Assembly (NCBI GenBank): GCA_002269645.1
Contig: NIVC01000978.1
Location: 248,001 to 312,000, forward strand
DNA from: Macrostomum lignano
Taxonomy: Eukaryota
Direction of reading: 5' to 3'
Length of the DNA stretch: 64,000 nucleotides
Shown: positions 59,745-64,000 of the stretch, piece after piece
Layout of the letters: the number at the start of each line of letters is the position of its first letter
How positions within the stretch are numbered: position 1 is the first letter of the stretch
Translations under genes and position numbers: made by a program
Notes under the pieces: generated by a model
What the model saw: only the letters and a program-made list of their open reading frames with translations
Told to the model about the DNA's origin: nothing
Database searches by the model: none

Positions 59745-62352
59745 ATGCAGGCACCCAGGTGCCTGTTTCGAATCTGTTTTGAGCCTTTGCTGAAGCAGCC
59801 CGACAGTCCGAAGTATCTGCATCAATATGTGCTCAGTCTGAGACACCTGTTAGAATGTAACGATGAGTTGGGTTTTTCAACTCGAGCCCAATGGTTAGAA
59901 TATTTGCAGTCGGCTCTGTTGGCCGCTTGTCGTCTGTTTGCGCTGTGCTCAAGGACTGCAGCCCAGTCAGCTTGGCCGCACATTTCCAAGTCTCATTTGA
60001 GCAAGATTCGTCGAGCAGTGATAGAAGGATTAACTCAACTGAATAGGGTGTTGCGCAATCCTAGTCCGGAGCTGGTGGCCGCCTGGAAACTGCTGTCTTC
60101 TGCTGGGGAATCCGTTAATGTGAGACTTTCTGTCTGTCACTCTTCGCTGGCACTGTTTGTCATGTCTCACACTATTTTCGCTTGCTATCATTTGGCACTC
60201 TCTAGTATCTGTCACTCCTTGTCATTTAGCACTCTATCTGTCACTCCTTCTCATTTAGTACTCTATCTGTCACTCCTCATTTAGTACTCTATCTGTCACT
60301 CCTCATTTAGTACTCTATCTGTCACTCCTCATTTAGTACTCTATCTGTCACTACTTGTCATTTAGCACTCTATCTGTCACTACTTGTCATTTAGCACTCT
60401 ATCTGTCACTACTTGTCATTTAGCACTCTATCTGTCACTACTTGTCATTTAGCACTCGTGACAGATACCAGAGTGCTAGATGACAGGGGAGTGACAGATA
60501 CAAGAGAGTGCAAGATGACAGGGAGTGACAGATACAAGAGAGTGATAGATGACAGGGGAGTGACAGATATCAGAGTGCTAGATGACAGGGAGTTACAGAT
60601 ACAAGAGAGTGATAGATGACAAGGGAGTGACAGATTTGAGAGAGTGCTAGATGACAGGGGAGTTGCAATCTGTCACTACTTGTCATCTAGCACTCTCTTG
60701 TATCTGTCACTCCCCTGTCATCTAGCACTCTCTTGTATCTGTCACTCCCTGTCATCTTGCACTGTCTTGTATCTGTCACTCCCTGTCATCTTGCACTCTC
60801 TTGTATCTGTCACTCCCTGTCATCTATCACTCTCAAATCTGTCACTGCCTGTCATCTAGCGTCTGTCACTCGCCAATTCCTAATGTTCGGTCACTCCTTT
60901 AAATGACGTCACCTGAACAGACGCAATTTATTAGCAACCTGAATTGTCCACCTCAGCTCGGCGAGCTGGACAACCAGCTGACAGCCTGGTTCAACAGGAT
61001 CGGCTCCAGCGGTCTGGCTCTGCTCAGCGCACAGACAGCCAGGGCCGGAGCACTGGACTCAACGCCAGACTTGGAGAAGCGTCAGCTCTGTCAGGCCCGT
61101 CAGCTGTTCGAACACCTGGGCGTCAGGAACCTGCAGGAAGCGTCAGCGTCTCTAGGCAACGGCATGGAGCAGTTTCTGCGCTGTCTGTCGGCTGGAACTG
61201 AAGCCGGCGATACAGACTGCGAGCTGTTTCGCAACTGCGCTAATAAGCTGCAATCGGGCTTGCGAACTGCGCTTGACGAACTGGAGGCGACGGCTTTGAA
61301 GGCCATTGTTGCTGCTTCATCTGCTGCTGCATCTCCAACTGAACCTGCTGCGGTAATTGATTGCTCTTTATACTTTTTTTCCATACATATCGGGTAATAG
61401 GCATAGCTCTACCCTGCCATCGAAGATTATGTTTATTTCGATACATATCGGGTAATAGGCATAGCTCTACCCTGCCATCGAAGGTTATGTTTATTTCGAT
61501 ACATATCGGGTAATAGGCATAGCTCTACCCTGCCATCGAAGATTATGTTTATTTCGATACATATCGGGTAATAGGCATAGCTCTACCCTGCCATCGAAGG
61601 TTATGTTTATTTCGATACATATCGGGTAATAGGCATAGCTCTACCCTGCCATCGAAGATTATGTTTATTTCGATACATATCGGGTAATAGGCATAGCTCT
61701 ACCCTGCCATCGAAGGTTATGTTTATTTCGATACATATCGAGTGATAGGCATAGCTCTACCCTCCCATCGAAGCTTATATTTACTTCGATACATATCGAG
61801 TGATAGGCATAGCTCTATCCTCCCATCGAAGCTTATATTTACTTCGATACATATCGGGTAATAATTCTACAGCGCCATCAAAGGTTTTATTTACTTTACG
61901 TTTTTATCAATTGGCTGTTAAATGTCGGATCGATACATATCGCCAAATAATACATTACTATGATTTTTTAACTAAACGCACTACTTAATCACTCCTTAAT
62001 CAAGGCGCCTGAGCAGCCTGCTGTTGTTGCGGCTCCTCTGCCCACGGCGGCTGCCACCAAGCGCAGCGTCCATCCGGCGGCCTCTCGTAGCTGCCAGCAG
62101 CCGCAAAAAGCGGCAGCCACGAGCGAAGAATGCGGTGGCAGCGGCGGCAGCGGCGTTGTTTATCGACGCCTGCTGCGCTGCAGCATGAACACTCCTGCCG
62201 TCAGCGAGTCGTTAATGGACATTGGAGTCGATGCTACCAGCACCCCGTCGCCTAGGAAGCAGCCGATGCTGCGACAGAATGCTGCTGTGAGCACTGTTTA
62301 TCTATACTGTCTGTCTGTCTGTCTGTCTGTCTGTCTTTCTGTTTATCTATAC

Positions 62353-62385
<33 letters not shown>

Positions 62386-62405
62386 GCCTTTCTGTTTATC
62401 TATAC

Positions 62406-62480
<75 letters not shown>

Positions 62481-62490
62481 TTATCTATAC

Positions 62491-62525
<35 letters not shown>

Positions 62526-62535
62526 TTATCTATAC

Positions 62536-62586
<51 letters not shown>

Positions 62587-62612
62587 TTGTCTGTCTTTCT
62601 GTTTATCTATAC

Positions 62613-62647
<35 letters not shown>

Positions 62648-62686
62648 TTATCTATACTGTCTGTATGTCTGTCTGTTTATCTATAC

Positions 62687-62745
<59 letters not shown>

Positions 62746-62828
62746 TTGTCTGTCTTTCTGTTTATCTATACTGTCTGTCTGTCTGTCTGTCTTTCTGCTT
62801 ATCTATACTGTCTGTCTGTCTGTCTGCC

Positions 62829-62873
<45 letters not shown>

Positions 62874-62940
62874 TTCTGCTTATCTATACTGTCTGTCTGT
62901 CTGTCTGCCTGTCTGTCTGTCTGTCTGTCTGTTTATCTAT

Positions 62941-62971
<31 letters not shown>

Positions 62972-63679
62972 TTCTATACTGTCTGTCTGCCTGATGCCCA
63001 AATGTCACACTGGTTGCTAATCTCATTGCAGCCCGAGCAACAGCAGCAGCCGCAGGAAACTGCAATTAACAGCAATCCACCCGTAGTTGTTATTGACAAC
63101 AGTGCCAATGACAGAAATAGCAGCAAGAACAAAGGCAATAGCACCAATCGTAGCAACTCAGACAAGCCAGCAGGTTCAGGTAACAACAACAACAACAACA
63201 ACAACAGCAGCAGCAGTAGCAGCATCAGCTCGGATGGCATCAGCTCAGATCCCGACGATGTCCAGGTTGTCCAGAGCTCGCCAAATGCCTCGTCAGCGGT
63301 GGCCGCCAGACCCGGCGCCAGCCGTCGCCCAGTCCTGGACCTGTCGCAGGAGATGCGCGGCCGATTCACCAGCTCCGCCTCCTCAGTCAGGCAGCGCCGG
63401 CCTTGGAACGAGCGCGACTCGTTTCTGCTATACATCGGGCACGCGCGCTACGGATCTGACTGGGTGAACATTCGCAACCGGCTGCTGAGCCACGCCGCTC
63501 GCACCAATGTCCAGATTAAAGATCGCTGGCGCAATATGCTGAATCGCAACATCCCAGGCAGAATCAGCCGCCGCCTGCGGCAATTGGGATTTAGCGATGA
63601 GGACATCCGAGCTGTTGAAATTGAGGACCTGATGGAGCAGCTGCGTTCCGACTTGGATTTGCGCTCCATCTTTCTGTGA
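59745..63679 (+). CDS. Single C-terminal telobox-type Myb protein (TRF1/TRF2-like architecture), ~566 aa; exons 59745-60119, 60957-61352, 62005-62286, 63032-63679
   Basis: Four phase-0 GT-AG-joined exons sum to 567 codons. Myb RRPWNERDSFLLYIGHARYGSDWVNI...RTNVQIKDRWRNM carries the RTxVxIKDRWRxM telobox pattern. Helical-looking N-terminal half and S/N/Q-rich linker. Confidence 0.75.
60190..60860. repeat. Forward-reverse-forward array of a ~26-34-bp unit in TRF-like intron 1
   Basis: TAGCACTCT..ATCTGTCACT units forward (60190-60455), their reverse complement GTGACAGAT..AGAGTGCTAGATGACA (60458-60665), then forward again. Confidence 0.85.
61383..61860. repeat. 58-bp repeat, ~8 copies, TRF-like intron 2
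   Basis: Period 58 (61383, 61441, 61499). Confidence 0.93.
62290..62990. repeat. (TCTG)n microsatellite with TTTATCTATAC interruptions filling TRF-like intron 3
   Basis: Direct reading. Confidence 0.95.
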
Positions 63680-64000
63680 CTTGAAGATCAGTTCAGCGTA
63701 CTGGTCATTAGACTCCATGCTTGCGGGACGTGTTTGTTTTGTGTTTGGTTCTGTAGTGTTCAAATTTTCCAAAATATATATGCTATCCATACTATAATAC
63801 ATTGTTGCATTTACCTGTCTGACTTGCGAGACAGGTGTGGCCATTGACAGCACACTCAAATTTCTGACTTAGAGGCCAGCAAACCTAGGATTCGACCAGA
63901 GAATATCGAGTTTAAACTCAGTGTCTATGGCCAAACAGTAGAGTACCGGAAGGAACGAAAATCGGCTTCACTTTAGACCTCTCTCCTCTCTATTGTCATT

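Noticed and set aside
62185-63031. CLSV-rich ORFs extending the TRF-like exons
   Set aside because: (TCTG)n intron bounded by a good donor (62287) and acceptor (63031).

Overview
Eukaryotic, intron-rich and minisatellite-rich animal DNA. It is most likely a macrostomid flatworm such as Macrostomum lignano; this is inferred from a spliced-leader-like sequence and the repeat landscape. Manual splice-site reading gives these genes: two tandem + strand iRhom pseudoproteases (A, 3774-28289, 7 exons, one apparent 1-nt frameshift; B, 29874-34693, 5 exons, intact, 830 aa), two - strand PAN/apple-like + C-type lectin genes (one nested in iRhom A intron 4 with a premature TAG, one intact inside a partial duplicate of that intron), a KIAA1143/DUF4604 gene (56167-58479) and a telobox-Myb, TRF-like gene (59745-63679). 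Mobile DNA includes a Merlin transposon with long TIRs and an 8-bp TSD, an internally deleted piggyBac, an RNase H LINE fragment and two tRNA-headed SINEs. The most striking element is a ~1.18-kb insertion (9308-10485). It is flanked by a 10-bp target-site duplication, starts with a flatworm SL-RNA-like head (5' hairpin, donor-like site, Sm-like site between hairpins) and ends in a hairpin plus (AAC)5 tail, making it a candidate SL-RNA-derived retroposon. Most long ORFs in the supplied track are translations of tandem repeats. Family assignments come from remembered motifs, not database searches.
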